The notes: generated by a model from the letters alone, not told the origin. Counted from the stretch's first letter, positions 40,453-54,878 are shown. The stretch is DNA of 64,000 nt from Minisyncoccota bacterium (GCA_023137185.1 JAGLPS010000002.1:47458-111457), one strand, 5' to 3'. Made by a program: numbers and translations.

Positions 40453-40519
40453 CTCTGTAGTAGATTTTGGCATTGCCCGCGGGGCATATTAAGATGTTAT
40501 GCCAAAATTCACTACGGGG
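40453..40519 (+). mobile_element. 67-bp inverted-repeat element at the pilM stop codon
   Basis: ctctgtagtagattttggcat / atgccaaaattcactacgggg; TTTGA on both sides. Confidence 0.8.
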
Positions 40520-40560
40520 TTTGATACTCCTCAAAATATCGTGGTATAATTTCAAAAGAA

Positions 40561-41172
40561 ATGGATACAAAATTTCAAACATCTTTTATTCCGAAAAAGC
40601 CCATAATTCCTTCGGGTAAAGCAGAGCACAATGTGCATCCGACGAACTTTTTTTCTTTGCTTACAAGTGTGTTGCTTGTAATTACTCTTCTTGCCGCTGC
40701 CGGTGTATTTGCATATCAGGGGTATCTTTCAAATAGGATTAAAACGCTAGATACGCAGCTTGCCCAGATGGAAGAAACCTTTGAATCAGAACTTATTACC
40801 GAGCTTTCTCATATTGATAGCCGTCTTAAATCCGCAAAAAGTATTCTTGAAAATCATCTTTCAACCGTATCTCTGTTTGAACTTCTGGAAGCAATTACTC
40901 TTCAAGATGTTCAATTTACGAATTTTGATTATACGTTAGGGTCAAATGGTATTACTGTTGAAATGAGCGGTAAGGCAAGAAATTACAGCACACTTGTACT
41001 GCAATCTGACGAATTTGTAAATAGTAAAGATGTCCGGAGTATCGTGTTTTCCAATCTCGACCTTGATTCGACCGGTAACGTGCTTTTTAGGCTTGCGCTA
41101 CAAATTAATAAGACCGGATTTCTTTATAAAAACAGCATTCAGACGCTCTCGTTTGAGGGGTTTCCTTTTTAA
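40561..41172 (+). CDS. PilN-like protein
   Basis: TSFIP N-terminal motif, single TM, coiled coil; follows pilM. Confidence 0.78.
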   Translation: MDTKFQTSFIPKKPIIPSGKAEHNVHPTNFFSLLTSVLLVITLLAAAGVFAYQGYLSNRIKTLDTQLAQMEETFESELITELSHIDSRLKSAKSILENHLSTVSLFELLEAITLQDVQFTNFDYTLGSNGITVEMSGKARNYSTLVLQSDEFVNSKDVRSIVFSNLDLDSTGNVLFRLALQINKTGFLYKNSIQTLSFEGFPF

Positions 41173-41178
41173 CGCATT

Positions 41179-41730
41179 ATGAATCGTACAGCACCAATCT
41201 TTCTAATAATTCTTGCCGTAGCCATTTTCTATGTCTATATTGACCCCGCGTATGCGGATATACGACAGCTCCAAGTTGAAGAAAAGGCATATGCGGAAGC
41301 GATTGAAAGTGTTCGGGCAGTTGAACAGAAACGTAATGAACTTATATTAAAATATAATTCTTTTTCAAGCGTTGATTTAGATCGTCTTGATGAAATGATT
41401 CCGAGTACAATCGACAATATGCGTCTTGTCGCCGAAATTAACGGAATTGCGCAGCAGTACGATATTGAAATCAGACGAGTGCGAGTAGCGGAATATCGGG
41501 AGGGAAATATTCCACGGGAAGGGACAGTTACGGAGGGGATTCCAGATGTGCATAAAATGCTTACAATGAGTTTCACTTTTGACGCGCCTTATGATTCTTT
41601 TATTAAATTTATGAATGACTTGGAGCAAAGCCTGCGAATTCTTGATTTTTCCTCAATATCTTTCAGGGTTGAATCAGATACACAAGAAGCGACTTATAAT
41701 GTGACTTTACGGACATACTGGCTTCCATAA
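41179..41730 (+). CDS. PilO-like protein
   Basis: N-terminal TM; YDSFIKFMNDLEQSLR. Confidence 0.8.
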   Translation: MNRTAPIFLIILAVAIFYVYIDPAYADIRQLQVEEKAYAEAIESVRAVEQKRNELILKYNSFSSVDLDRLDEMIPSTIDNMRLVAEINGIAQQYDIEIRRVRVAEYREGNIPREGTVTEGIPDVHKMLTMSFTFDAPYDSFIKFMNDLEQSLRILDFSSISFRVESDTQEATYNVTLRTYWLP

Positions 41731-41739
41731 ATATCTATT

Positions 41740-42027
41740 ATGAAAGAGAATTTTTTACAAAAAAATAGAGGAACAATAACACTTATACTGATTGCGGCGG
41801 TAATCTTTTGGGTGTATACAGTATTTTTCAGAGGCGCTCCAAAAGATTTCACTCAGCCGACAAACCTTATCGGGAAAAGCGCTATTGAAATGCTTAACAG
41901 GCTCAATTCAATTACCCTTGATGGTTCTGTTTTTTCTTCTCCTGCTTTTCATGAACTCAAAGATTTTGAATTAGTACTCCCGGAACAACCTGTTGGTCGC
42001 AGTAATCCGTTTGCGCCTGTGCGATAG
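41740..42027 (+). CDS. Small PilP-like membrane protein
   Basis: TM helix plus C-terminal GRSNPFAP; position after pilO. Confidence 0.6.
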   Translation: MKENFLQKNRGTITLILIAAVIFWVYTVFFRGAPKDFTQPTNLIGKSAIEMLNRLNSITLDGSVFSSPAFHELKDFELVLPEQPVGRSNPFAPVR

Positions 42028-42053
42028 AAAATCCTGAGGTCTTTTAAAAGTAT

Positions 42054-43802
42054 ATGGGAATTTTAGACATCCTAGCGAGAAGAAATATTGTTCGTGAAGA
42101 AGATATTCCAGTTATCAGAAGAAAAGCTGGAAACTCCCAAGAAAAGCTTGAGGTGTTGCTTAAAGAGATTGGAGTTAGTAATAAGGACATTCTTGAAAGC
42201 AAGGGAGAGTATTTTGATATTCCGGTTAAGGAAGTAAATGATGATGAAATTTCCAATGAAATTCTTGAATATATTCCGGAAGAATCGGCGCTTCATTATC
42301 ACTTTGTTTCTATTGGTTTTTCCAACGGGGTGCTTGAAGTAGGTATTACTGACCCTAACAATATTGAAGCGCGGGACGCGCTCACTTTTATCTCCGCAAA
42401 AATAAATCTGCCGTATAAGATTTTTCTTATTTCTGAAGAGGATTTTAAACACGTTGTGGGTTTGTATAAAGGACTTTCTCGCGATGTGACTGAAGCGGTG
42501 TCGGAATTTGAAGGAGGAAAAGATTCCCAAGGCGCAAAGCGGAAAGTACATACAAAAGAACCCGAACAAGAAAAGGTGAAAAAAATACGAAAGGAAGAGG
42601 ATGAGGTTGAAGTGAGAACCATAGAAGATGCTCCTGCTAAAAAAATTGTTTCAACAATTTTAAGATATGCCGCTGAAGGAAACACGTCTGATGTGCACAT
42701 TGAACAAATGAGAGAAGTTGTCCGGGTGCGTTTTCGGGTTGATGGAATTTTGAACACTAGTCTTGTACTTCCGCGAAGGGTGTCCGATGCAGTAATTGGA
42801 TATATAAAAGTTCAGGCGAATTTACGACTGGAAGAACGTCGCAAACCGCAAGACGGTCGTTTTTCCGCTCTTATTGAAGACAAAAAAATAGATTTTCGCG
42901 TATCTACTTTCCCAACTCATTATGGAGAAAAGGTTGTGATGAGAATTTTGGACCAGAGTAAGGGAATAAAAAAGCTTGACGACCTTGGTCTAAGCAAAAA
43001 GAATCTCTCCACAATTCGCAGGGCAATACAACGCCCTTTCGGGCTTATTCTTATTTCTGGTCCGACAGGTTCTGGTAAAACGACGACTCTCTACGCGATG
43101 CTCAACGAAATAGATAAGGAAACGCAAAATGTATTAAGTCTCGAGGATCCAATTGAATACAACATTGAAGGAATCAATCAATCTCAGGTGCGTCCGGAGA
43201 TAAACTACACTTTCGCGAATGGTTTACGAACCGCTCTACGTCAGGATCCCGATATCATTATGGTTGGCGAGATTCGCGATAAAGAAACTGCCCAACTTGC
43301 TATTCAGGCGGCACTTACTGGGCATCTCGTGTTTTCAACTATACACACTAATAATGCGATAGGAACTGTTCCGCGTCTCGTGGATATGGGAGTCGACCCT
43401 TATCTTATTAGTCCAACCCTTATTTTAGCCATTGCCCAGCGACTTGTCCGTACCTTGTGTCCGGGGGCGGGAAAACCAATGTTGGTTGAAGGGAGTATTG
43501 CGATGATGATAGAAAAACAGTTCGCGGACCTTCCTGAAAAATTCAAAAAGGACATTCCTCTTGGTAAATATGTATACGGGGTGTCTCCAACTCCAGAATG
43601 CCCAACAGGACTGCGTGGAAGAGTAGCCGCGATGGAAGTATTTGAGATAGACAAACACATAGAAGAGTTGATTCTCAAAAGTCCAACTGAAGTAGATATT
43701 TGGAAAGCGGCAAGAGAAAATGGAATGTTGACTATGAAAGAGGATGCACTTATTAAAGCATTTGAAAGAAAGGTTTCTTTTGAAGAAGTCAACGGTCTCT
43801 AG
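42054..43802 (+). CDS. pilB: Type IV pilus extension ATPase (PilB/GspE)
   Basis: SDVHIE, PQDGR, GPTGSGKTTT, LRQDPD and TGHLVFST motifs. Confidence 0.95.
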   Translation: MGILDILARRNIVREEDIPVIRRKAGNSQEKLEVLLKEIGVSNKDILESKGEYFDIPVKEVNDDEISNEILEYIPEESALHYHFVSIGFSNGVLEVGITDPNNIEARDALTFISAKINLPYKIFLISEEDFKHVVGLYKGLSRDVTEAVSEFEGGKDSQGAKRKVHTKEPEQEKVKKIRKEEDEVEVRTIEDAPAKKIVSTILRYAAEGNTSDVHIEQMREVVRVRFRVDGILNTSLVLPRRVSDAVIGYIKVQANLRLEERRKPQDGRFSALIEDKKIDFRVSTFPTHYGEKVVMRILDQSKGIKKLDDLGLSKKNLSTIRRAIQRPFGLILISGPTGSGKTTTLYAMLNEIDKETQNVLSLEDPIEYNIEGINQSQVRPEINYTFANGLRTALRQDPDIIMVGEIRDKETAQLAIQAALTGHLVFSTIHTNNAIGTVPRLVDMGVDPYLISPTLILAIAQRLVRTLCPGAGKPMLVEGSIAMMIEKQFADLPEKFKKDIPLGKYVYGVSPTPECPTGLRGRVAAMEVFEIDKHIEELILKSPTEVDIWKAARENGMLTMKEDALIKAFERKVSFEEVNGL

Positions 43803-43866
43803 AGGTGTTGAACGTATATAAAAATGTTACTATAGCAATATCTCTACACAGAGGAATAATAAAGGT

Positions 43867-44259
43867 ATGACCGAGCAAAAATATAAAATGCTAATTGTTG
43901 ATGATGACCGTTTTCTTACCGATATGTATTCTCACAAGTTCGAAAAAAGCGGTTTTAATGTGGTGGTTGCGGACAATTCCGAAAAAGCTCTTTCAGTTCT
44001 AAAAGAGGATCCCAAACCCGATTTGTTACTTTTAGATGTTATCTTACCTGGCATGACTGGAATAGAGCTTCTCAAAAAAATCAGAGAAGAAAAACTAGTT
44101 ACAGACGCTATAGTGATTATGCTATCCAATCAAGGAAGCAAAGAAGATATAAACGAAGTGAAGGACTTAGATATTGATTGTTATATTATTAAGGCGACAA
44201 CGATTCCATCGGAAGTTGTTGAAAAAGTGCAAAAAGTAATTGACACACACAAGAAATAA
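43867..44259 (+). CDS. Single-domain response regulator inside the pil operon
   Basis: VDDD and PDLLLLDVILPGMTG motifs. Confidence 0.92.
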   Translation: MTEQKYKMLIVDDDRFLTDMYSHKFEKSGFNVVVADNSEKALSVLKEDPKPDLLLLDVILPGMTGIELLKKIREEKLVTDAIVIMLSNQGSKEDINEVKDLDIDCYIIKATTIPSEVVEKVQKVIDTHKK

Positions 44260-44261
44260 TT

Positions 44262-45323
44262 ATGGATTATCAACGCGAACTTGAAGATTTATTCAATGCG
44301 GTTATTGCTGAGGAAAGTTCCGATCTCCATTTTTCAGAAGGTCGGCACCCGACTATCCGTTCTGCGGGTTTTCTTATACCCCTTGTAAAAAAAGATGTCC
44401 TCAAAAAAGAAGATCTTACGGGTTTTACCAAAGCGATTCTGACGCCAGATCAGCAACAGGAACTTGTCACAAAAAAAGAGATTGATTTTGCGTATATGTA
44501 TGATGATAAAGCGCGATTTCGTGGCAACATCTTTTATCAGCAAGGTAGAATAAGTATTGCGCTTCGCCTTATTCCCAGAAATATCAGAACGTTTGCGGAA
44601 CTCAACCTCCCTGAAGCCCTTGATATGTTTTCTCGCAAGAAACAAGGATTTTTTCTAGTTGTTGGTCCTACGGGACAGGGGAAAAGCACTACACTAGCTT
44701 CAATGGTTGAGCTTATTAATAATGAACGACTTGAGCACATTATTACCATTGAGGACCCTATTGAGTATCTTTTTGAACAAAAAAAATCAATTATTGACCA
44801 ACGGGAAATAAAATCGGATACTCGCAGTTTTCACAGCGCTCTGCACAGTGTGTTCCGTCAGGATGTTGATGTTGTAATGATTGGGGAAATGCGCGATCCG
44901 GAAACAATAGGTACAGCTGTAACAGCGGCTGAAACAGGACATTTGGTGTTTTCCACACTTCATACGAACAGTGCCGCGCAAACAATTGACCGTATTATTG
45001 ATTCATTTCCCGCAGGCCAGCAAGACCAAACCAGGTTGCAGCTTTCAAGCAGCCTTATTGGAATTTTTTCTCAGCGACTTATTCCGCGCATCTCTGGAGG
45101 ACTTATTCCCGCTTACGAGCTTCTTATAAGCAACAATGCTGTTTCTAACCTTATTCGGGAACGCAGGACTCATGAAATTAATACAGTAATAGAAACAAGT
45201 TCTCAGGAAGGAATGGTTGATCTTAACCGTTCTCTTTCAGATTTAGTACGCAGAGGAGAAATTACTGTTGAAAATGCGTATCTGCACACGTTGAATCAAA
45301 AAACGCTTGAACGAATGCTTTAA
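44262..45323 (+). CDS. pilT: Type IV pilus retraction ATPase PilT
   Basis: GPTGQGKSTT, GEMRD, AETGHLV and AVSNLIRE motifs. Confidence 0.95.
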   Translation: MDYQRELEDLFNAVIAEESSDLHFSEGRHPTIRSAGFLIPLVKKDVLKKEDLTGFTKAILTPDQQQELVTKKEIDFAYMYDDKARFRGNIFYQQGRISIALRLIPRNIRTFAELNLPEALDMFSRKKQGFFLVVGPTGQGKSTTLASMVELINNERLEHIITIEDPIEYLFEQKKSIIDQREIKSDTRSFHSALHSVFRQDVDVVMIGEMRDPETIGTAVTAAETGHLVFSTLHTNSAAQTIDRIIDSFPAGQQDQTRLQLSSSLIGIFSQRLIPRISGGLIPAYELLISNNAVSNLIRERRTHEINTVIETSSQEGMVDLNRSLSDLVRRGEITVENAYLHTLNQKTLERML

Positions 45324-45328
45324 CACAT

Positions 45329-46531
45329 ATGATTTTTAATTATAAAGGGGTTAATAAATTAGGAGAGGGAAAACGAGGAACTGTTGAGGCGGTTAATATC
45401 GATGCTGCAATTGATACTCTCCAGGCTCAAGGACTGACACTTTCCTCCATTGTTCCTATAGAAGAGAGAGTGTCCATTGACTATCTTTCGTTTCTTCGTC
45501 AAGTATCTACTAAAGATGTAGTCATTTTGTCTCGGCAGATGGCAACCCTCTTTCAGTCAAAAGTGCCGGCGCTTAGAGTATTTAAACTGCTTGCGGCAGA
45601 AACTGAAAATGCCCTCTTGCGTGAAGCGCTTGATGAAATTGCGAATGACCTTCAGGCAGGAAGCTCAATCTCGAAAGCGCTATCTCGTCATCCAAAGATT
45701 TTCTCCGAATTTTATGTGAATATGGTTAAAGCGGGGGAAGAGTCGGGGCGTCTTGATGAAATTTTCTTATATTTAGCGGATTACCTTGACCGAACGTTTG
45801 AAATAACCTCGAAAGCAAAAGGAGCTTTTGTATACCCTTTGTTTGTCGTTGGAGTTTTTGTCGGAGTAGTTTCTTTGATGCTTACGTTAATTATCCCCAA
45901 GATTACTTCTATTCTTATTGAAGCGAATACAGAACTGCCAATTTATACAAAGATAGTTATCGGTACAAGCGATTTTTTAATTAATTACGGCTTACTTTTT
46001 GTTATAGGTATCGGGCTTGCTCTTGTCGTGTTGGGGCGTTATGTTCGTACTCCCGATGGCGCTCTTTCTTTCGATTCGTTTAAATTAAGCGTACCGTTGG
46101 TGGGAGGCTTGTATAAGAAGCTTTATCTTTCTCGTATTGCCGATAATCTCAATACAATGATTATTTCAGGCATACCTATACTGCGAGCTATTGAAATTAC
46201 CAGCTCTGTGGTGGGGAGTCCTGTATATAAACAAATTCTTGACGAAAGCCTTATTGCGGTAAAAGGAGGAAATACACTTTCTGAATCCTTGTCAGGACAT
46301 CCTGAAATGCCAGGAATTATGATTCAGATGATGAAAGTGGGCGAGGAGACTGGAGAGTTAGGCAGCATTTTAAAAACGCTCTCACGATTTTATCAGCGGG
46401 AAGTAACAACTACCGTGGATACGCTTGTTGAACTTATTGAACCGATAATGATTGTCGTTCTTGCCACAGGGGTCGGTGTTTTACTTGCTGCGGTACTTCT
46501 TCCTATTTACGACGTTGCTGCTGGATTTTAA
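45329..46531 (+). CDS. pilC: Type IV pilus platform protein PilC
   Basis: Two T2SSF domains: AGEESGRL, VGEETGEL, LIEP. Confidence 0.95.
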   Translation: MIFNYKGVNKLGEGKRGTVEAVNIDAAIDTLQAQGLTLSSIVPIEERVSIDYLSFLRQVSTKDVVILSRQMATLFQSKVPALRVFKLLAAETENALLREALDEIANDLQAGSSISKALSRHPKIFSEFYVNMVKAGEESGRLDEIFLYLADYLDRTFEITSKAKGAFVYPLFVVGVFVGVVSLMLTLIIPKITSILIEANTELPIYTKIVIGTSDFLINYGLLFVIGIGLALVVLGRYVRTPDGALSFDSFKLSVPLVGGLYKKLYLSRIADNLNTMIISGIPILRAIEITSSVVGSPVYKQILDESLIAVKGGNTLSESLSGHPEMPGIMIQMMKVGEETGELGSILKTLSRFYQREVTTTVDTLVELIEPIMIVVLATGVGVLLAAVLLPIYDVAAGF

Positions 46532-46663
46532 CCCCCACGCCAACTTTGTCATTGTCACAGTATTTTCAAAAATAAAGTAATTGTAAAAAACACAGCAATA
46601 TCTTCGGTGTTATGAATACATCGGCTTAGGCGACAAAATACTATGCCAAAGTTGGTGTGGGAG
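46532..46663. mobile_element. Inverted-repeat element at the pilC stop codon
   Basis: cccccacgccaactttg / caaagttggtgtgggag; flanks TTAA / TAAA. Confidence 0.7.
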
Positions 46664-46794
46664 TAAAGTTGTCAACAAAAGACTGTTTGAATTTTCTCTC
46701 ATACGTTATAATAAGAACACTAAGCTTTTTATTAAAAAAGCGGCTCAATTAATGAGTCGGTCGAATGTAAAGTTATTAAGTTATTTTTAAAAGC

Positions 46795-47277
46795 ATGCTT
46801 AAAAAAAATAAAGGTTTCACCCTTATTGAATTGTTAGTCGTTATTGCTATTATCGGTATTCTTTCGTCTGTTGTTTTGGCGAGTCTAAATACCGCTAGAG
46901 TAAAAGGATCAGATGCTGCGATAAAAGCGAATCTTTCAAGTATTCGCGCGCAAGCAGAAATTCTCTACGATACGCATGGAGCATACGGAGTTGACAGCAC
47001 ACCGACAGTGTTTGCTGAAGGAGTGTGTGCGGCAACAGCCGACACTCTTTTTGCTGACTCTACTATCTCTCAACAGATTACTGCGGCAGGAAACGCAAGT
47101 ACTGGCGGTGGAATAGGGGTAGGCCGATGTGTGGTTACCACATCAGGAGCTGCGTGGGCAGTTTCAGTTCCTCTCAAGAGCGTTTCTACGAATGCATGGT
47201 GTGTTGACAGTGGCGGAGCATCGAAGGAGGTTACAGCCGGAGATGCAGGAATTACTGCGGCAGGTGCGTGTAACTAG
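46795..47277 (+). CDS. Probable major type IV pilin
   Basis: Short leader KGFTLIELLVVIAIIGIL; WCVDS; upstream promoter (TTGAAT...TATAAT) and downstream terminator hairpin. Confidence 0.9.
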   Translation: MLKKNKGFTLIELLVVIAIIGILSSVVLASLNTARVKGSDAAIKANLSSIRAQAEILYDTHGAYGVDSTPTVFAEGVCAATADTLFADSTISQQITAAGNASTGGGIGVGRCVVTTSGAAWAVSVPLKSVSTNAWCVDSGGASKEVTAGDAGITAAGACN

Positions 47278-47349
47278 AAATTCTTTTAAACCAAAAAACC
47301 ACCCGCGCGGGTGGTTTTTTGTTGTTTGCTTACATTGTATAATATTAAT

Positions 47350-48156
47350 GTGAGCTATTTTTTTATTGTTTCTGTTTTTGTTCTAGGAACTATCATAGGA
47401 AGTTTCCTAAATGTGGTTATTCTCCGTTACGGAAAAAAAACTTTGCGAGGACGCTCTTTTTGTCCTTCTTGCAAAAAAATACTTACTCCCTGCGATTTAA
47501 TTCCTTTGTTTAGTTTTCTGTTTCTTAGAGGAAGATGCCGTTATTGCCGCGTCCCGATTTCATTCCAGTACTTTATTGTTGAGGTATTAAGCGGTCTTCT
47601 TTTTGTTCTTATCTTTCTCCGTTTTTCTTTTCCGGAAGATATTGTGTATATTGTCCTTTCCCTTGTGATTTGGAGTGTGCTTCTTGTTATTACAGTGTAC
47701 GATTTCTATCACAAAATTATTCCCGATGGCTTAGTATCACTATTTATACTTTTTTCATTTCTGACAATTTTTTTACGAGTGCCGATACTTCATTTTCTCA
47801 CATTTCCTTATGTTCTCGATGTTTTTGCCGGGTTGATTCTTTTTCTGCCTTTTTTTCTGCTTTGGCTTGTTTCAAACGGTAGGTGGATAGGTTTGGGAGA
47901 TGGTAAATTGGCAATCGGGATTGGTTTTTTGCTCGGTCTTAAACAGGGGGTAAGCGCAATTATTTTTGGTTTTTGGATTGGAGCGGTTGTGAGTCTTACT
48001 CTCATAGTTGTAGAGCGTTTATTAGAGAAACGCGCATTGTTGTTTTCCTCAAAAACACTTACAATGAAAAGCGAGATACCGTTCGCGCCCTTTTTGATTC
48101 TTGGTACCGCGATTGCATTTTTCTTGCGACTTTCGTTATTTTCGTTTACGTTATGA
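47350..48156 (+). CDS. pilD: Prepilin peptidase
   Basis: GSFLNV, CxxC...CxxC, GLGDGKL and IPFAPFL motifs. Confidence 0.95.
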   Translation: MSYFFIVSVFVLGTIIGSFLNVVILRYGKKTLRGRSFCPSCKKILTPCDLIPLFSFLFLRGRCRYCRVPISFQYFIVEVLSGLLFVLIFLRFSFPEDIVYIVLSLVIWSVLLVITVYDFYHKIIPDGLVSLFILFSFLTIFLRVPILHFLTFPYVLDVFAGLILFLPFFLLWLVSNGRWIGLGDGKLAIGIGFLLGLKQGVSAIIFGFWIGAVVSLTLIVVERLLEKRALLFSSKTLTMKSEIPFAPFLILGTAIAFFLRLSLFSFTL

Positions 48157-48875
48157 AACATTTCAATCACTTTCGCCGTGTTGCCGGCTTTACCCCGTTA
48201 GTAGAAGATGGTCTCGCGCCTAAAGCATTTCCACAGAAAACACCTTTTTCCATTTTTAATATGTTTATTTCAAAATTATCTTTAACCAACACAGGGCGCA
48301 AAAATGCTAGACCGTCTTTCACTACGGGGTTTACCCTTGTTGAGCTTCTCGTTGTGCTTGCGATTATAACTGTGTTATTGGCTGTTTTTATTTTCCGCTA
48401 TAAAGATTATACACAGATGGTGATTGTAAACCGTCTTGCAAACGAAGTCGCCCTTACTCTTCGAGAAGCCCAATTTTACGCGACAGGTGTTAAAGAATTT
48501 GAGCCGGGGAGTGATAATTTTTCTGGCTGGTATGATGTCAACTTTTATAGTGAAGGATATCTTTTTCGCGCTCTTGAGGAAGCGGATTTTTCATCAAACA
48601 GAGTAACCCTTGGCGCATATTTAATTGCCAATCCTGTGGACTTGTTGTTTTACGAATCAGTAGACGACACTGTTCCCGAAGATGTGGACGATGTTACTGT
48701 TATATTCAGAAAAGCAAATCTTTCATCGGTGATAAGAAAAACAGCGGGACCTGTTGATGGGTATCGGTTAGAAGTAGCAATCCATTCTCCTGATATGTCT
48801 GTTACACGGCGCGTGTGTGTTGAACAAACGGGACGAATCTTTATTTCCAAAGCCTCTTCCTGTATTAGCCCTTGA
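48153..48875 (+). CDS. Minor pilin (FimT/GspH-like) with a 47-aa insertion in the leader
   Basis: GFTLVELLVVLAII; ATG at 48153. Confidence 0.85.
   Translation: MKHFNHFRRVAGFTPLVEDGLAPKAFPQKTPFSIFNMFISKLSLTNTGRKNARPSFTTGFTLVELLVVLAIITVLLAVFIFRYKDYTQMVIVNRLANEVALTLREAQFYATGVKEFEPGSDNFSGWYDVNFYSEGYLFRALEEADFSSNRVTLGAYLIANPVDLLFYESVDDTVPEDVDDVTVIFRKANLSSVIRKTAGPVDGYRLEVAIHSPDMSVTRRVCVEQTGRIFISKASSCISP
48193..48329 (+). mobile_element. 137-bp in-frame inverted-repeat element in prepilin leader (copy 3)
   Basis: Diverged copy of 4226-4362 with TTTA on both sides. Confidence 0.9.
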
Positions 48876-48893
48876 TAAACACCATTTGATATA

Positions 48894-49502
48894 ATGAAAA
48901 CTGTGAACTCCAAAAAAATGAACAAAGGGTACAGTCTTATTGAGATGCTTATCTCGCTCGCTCTTTTTTCTATTGTCGTTATGATTGCTATTTCAGGGCT
49001 CGCGTTAATTACTGACGCCAACAGAAGAGCGGAAGCGACACGGCGTATTATTGATAACCTCGATTTTATTGTTGAAGATATGGTGAGAACGACGCGACAG
49101 GGAAATAGATATCATTGTGGAGATTTTTCTGATTATGACGCCGAAGTAACTACTGGACAAAGCGGTATTGGGAGCTCGCGCAATTGTGTCGATGGAGACT
49201 ATCTTGCGTTTGAAGCTTCAGGAGGTGATAACACCGACCCCTCAGATCAGGTGGTATATCGTTTTAATGGTGGGATTATTGAAAAAATAACCGATCCTAT
49301 AAACGGTTCGTTTGTTCAAGTTTCTGACCCTCAAATTGAAATCCAGAAGCTGAAATTTTATGTCACTGGTTCTCAGTCAAATGACAATACTCCAGCGCGG
49401 GTTCTTGTTATTCTTAAAGCGGTTACAGGGCGCGAAGGAACTTCAGATAGGACAGTTTTTAATCTTCAAACAACTATTACCCAACGAGGAACCGATTTAT
49501 AA
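48894..49502 (+). CDS. Minor pilin (PilW-like)
   Basis: GYSLIEMLISL; C-terminal LQTTITQR. Confidence 0.82.
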   Translation: MKTVNSKKMNKGYSLIEMLISLALFSIVVMIAISGLALITDANRRAEATRRIIDNLDFIVEDMVRTTRQGNRYHCGDFSDYDAEVTTGQSGIGSSRNCVDGDYLAFEASGGDNTDPSDQVVYRFNGGIIEKITDPINGSFVQVSDPQIEIQKLKFYVTGSQSNDNTPARVLVILKAVTGREGTSDRTVFNLQTTITQRGTDL

Positions 49503-49514
49503 TTTTAGAAATTT

Positions 49515-50065
49515 ATGTCAACAGCACGCAAAAAAGGATTTACATTAGTAGAGACGCTTGTCGCTTTGGCAATTGTGGTTGGCGCTATAATTGGTCCGAT
49601 GGTGATTGCGTCGCAAGGGATAAGTTTTATGACATACGCGCGTGACCAAGTCATTGCGGCTTACTTGGCGCAAGACGCGGTGGAGTTTGTAATCGCAAAG
49701 AAAAAACAGAGCACGCTCAATGTGGTGTATGAAGTGCCTGGGGCGACAAATTGGCTTAATGGACTTGAGGCGTGCGATGAACTCGAAGGATGCATTGTTG
49801 ATACCACGGTAACTGACCTCAGTTCTTACACCGCTCCCGTTTGTCCTTTTGTAGATGGCTGTTCTCCTCTTACATTTAATACAGAGACCGGAGTATATAA
49901 TTATACAACTGGTGAGAATTGGATTAATAGTCGCTATACGCGTACAGTGCATATTATTCCACTTACAAATCCTAGTGAGGCAGTGTTGACGGTTACTATT
50001 ACGTGGAAACACAACTTGATAACAAAAAGTTTCACTTTGAAAACTAATATTTTTGAAACTGTCCT

Positions 50066-50069
<4 letters not shown>
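49515..50069 (+). CDS. Minor pilin (PilV-like)
   Basis: GFTLVETLVALAI; AAYLAQDAVE; VTITW. Confidence 0.85.
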
Positions 50070-53969
<3,900 letters not shown>

Positions 53970-54045
53970 TTGATTTAAAATCTCTTTTCGTATATTCTCC
54001 TTTTAAACGTACCTTTAAACCTTATTTTGCGCTGAGGAGGAGAAA

Positions 54046-54747
54046 ATGAAAGTAGAAATTGGATTGTGGGGGAAAATGGTTTATACTGTTTCCAGTTTTT
54101 TGATACTTGCGTTGGCGCGCCTGCTGTTTAGGCTCAAAATCGTAGGAATTGAAAATATTCCTAGAAAAGGCGCGGTGATTATCGCTCCAAACCATATAAG
54201 CTACTTTGACCCGTCACTTGTCTTTGTCAGCTTAGGAATTCCTCAAAGGATACACTGTATGGCAAACAAAAAACTGTTTCGATATTGGTTTCTAAGATGG
54301 TTTATGGAAACTGTAGGGACCATTCCCGTAAATCAGAGGTACAGCCGAAAAAGTCTTGCCGATGTTCTTAGAATGCTTCACCACGGGCATTGCGTCATCA
54401 TTTTTCCTGAAGGAAAAAGAAGCAAAGACGGAAGGCTTATACAGGGGAGACCCGGCGCTGTCCACGCGGCAATCCGCGCCGATTCTGTTATTGTTCCCGC
54501 GGCTGTTGTTGGAAGCGATAAAGTTCTTCCATACGATGCGAAATTCATCAAAAGCCTTTCTCAAATTGAAATTCATTTCGGGAAACCATACAGAATTTAT
54601 TATCCTGGCAACAAAAATAAAATACCGAGTACTATTCTTACGGAAGAAACTTCAATTCTTATGAAAAAAATAGAAGAACTTCTTCCCGAAAACATGCGGT
54701 CGACATCAGAACAAAAACAGGAGTGGTATGGTCTGCGCGCGCATTAG
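54046..54747 (+). CDS. Lysophospholipid acyltransferase (PlsC-like)
   Basis: NHISYFD (HxxxxD) and IFPEG motifs. Confidence 0.9.
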   Translation: MKVEIGLWGKMVYTVSSFLILALARLLFRLKIVGIENIPRKGAVIIAPNHISYFDPSLVFVSLGIPQRIHCMANKKLFRYWFLRWFMETVGTIPVNQRYSRKSLADVLRMLHHGHCVIIFPEGKRSKDGRLIQGRPGAVHAAIRADSVIVPAAVVGSDKVLPYDAKFIKSLSQIEIHFGKPYRIYYPGNKNKIPSTILTEETSILMKKIEELLPENMRSTSEQKQEWYGLRAH

Positions 54748-54836
54748 TAGAATGACCATATTTTGTTGCTGAAATTTTCTTCTTATGTTATCTTTTTAAT
54801 AAAGTTCTTTGTTTTTGAAGAAAGGAGGACAACGTA

Positions 54837-54878
54837 ATGATGATAAGACTTGGTACTGCAGGCGGATTGTCTAAGTAG
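54837..54878 (+). CDS. Putative 13-aa small ORF MMIRLGTAGGLSK in its own transcription unit
   Basis: Promoter TTGCTG...TGtTATCTT, SD aaaggagg, terminator tagcccgttt / aaacgggcta-ttttt. Confidence 0.4.
   Translation: MMIRLGTAGGLSK

Noticed and set aside
47973-48152. Upstream extension of the minor pilin ORF
   Set aside because: Overlaps pilD; the ATG at 48153 is coupled to the pilD stop.
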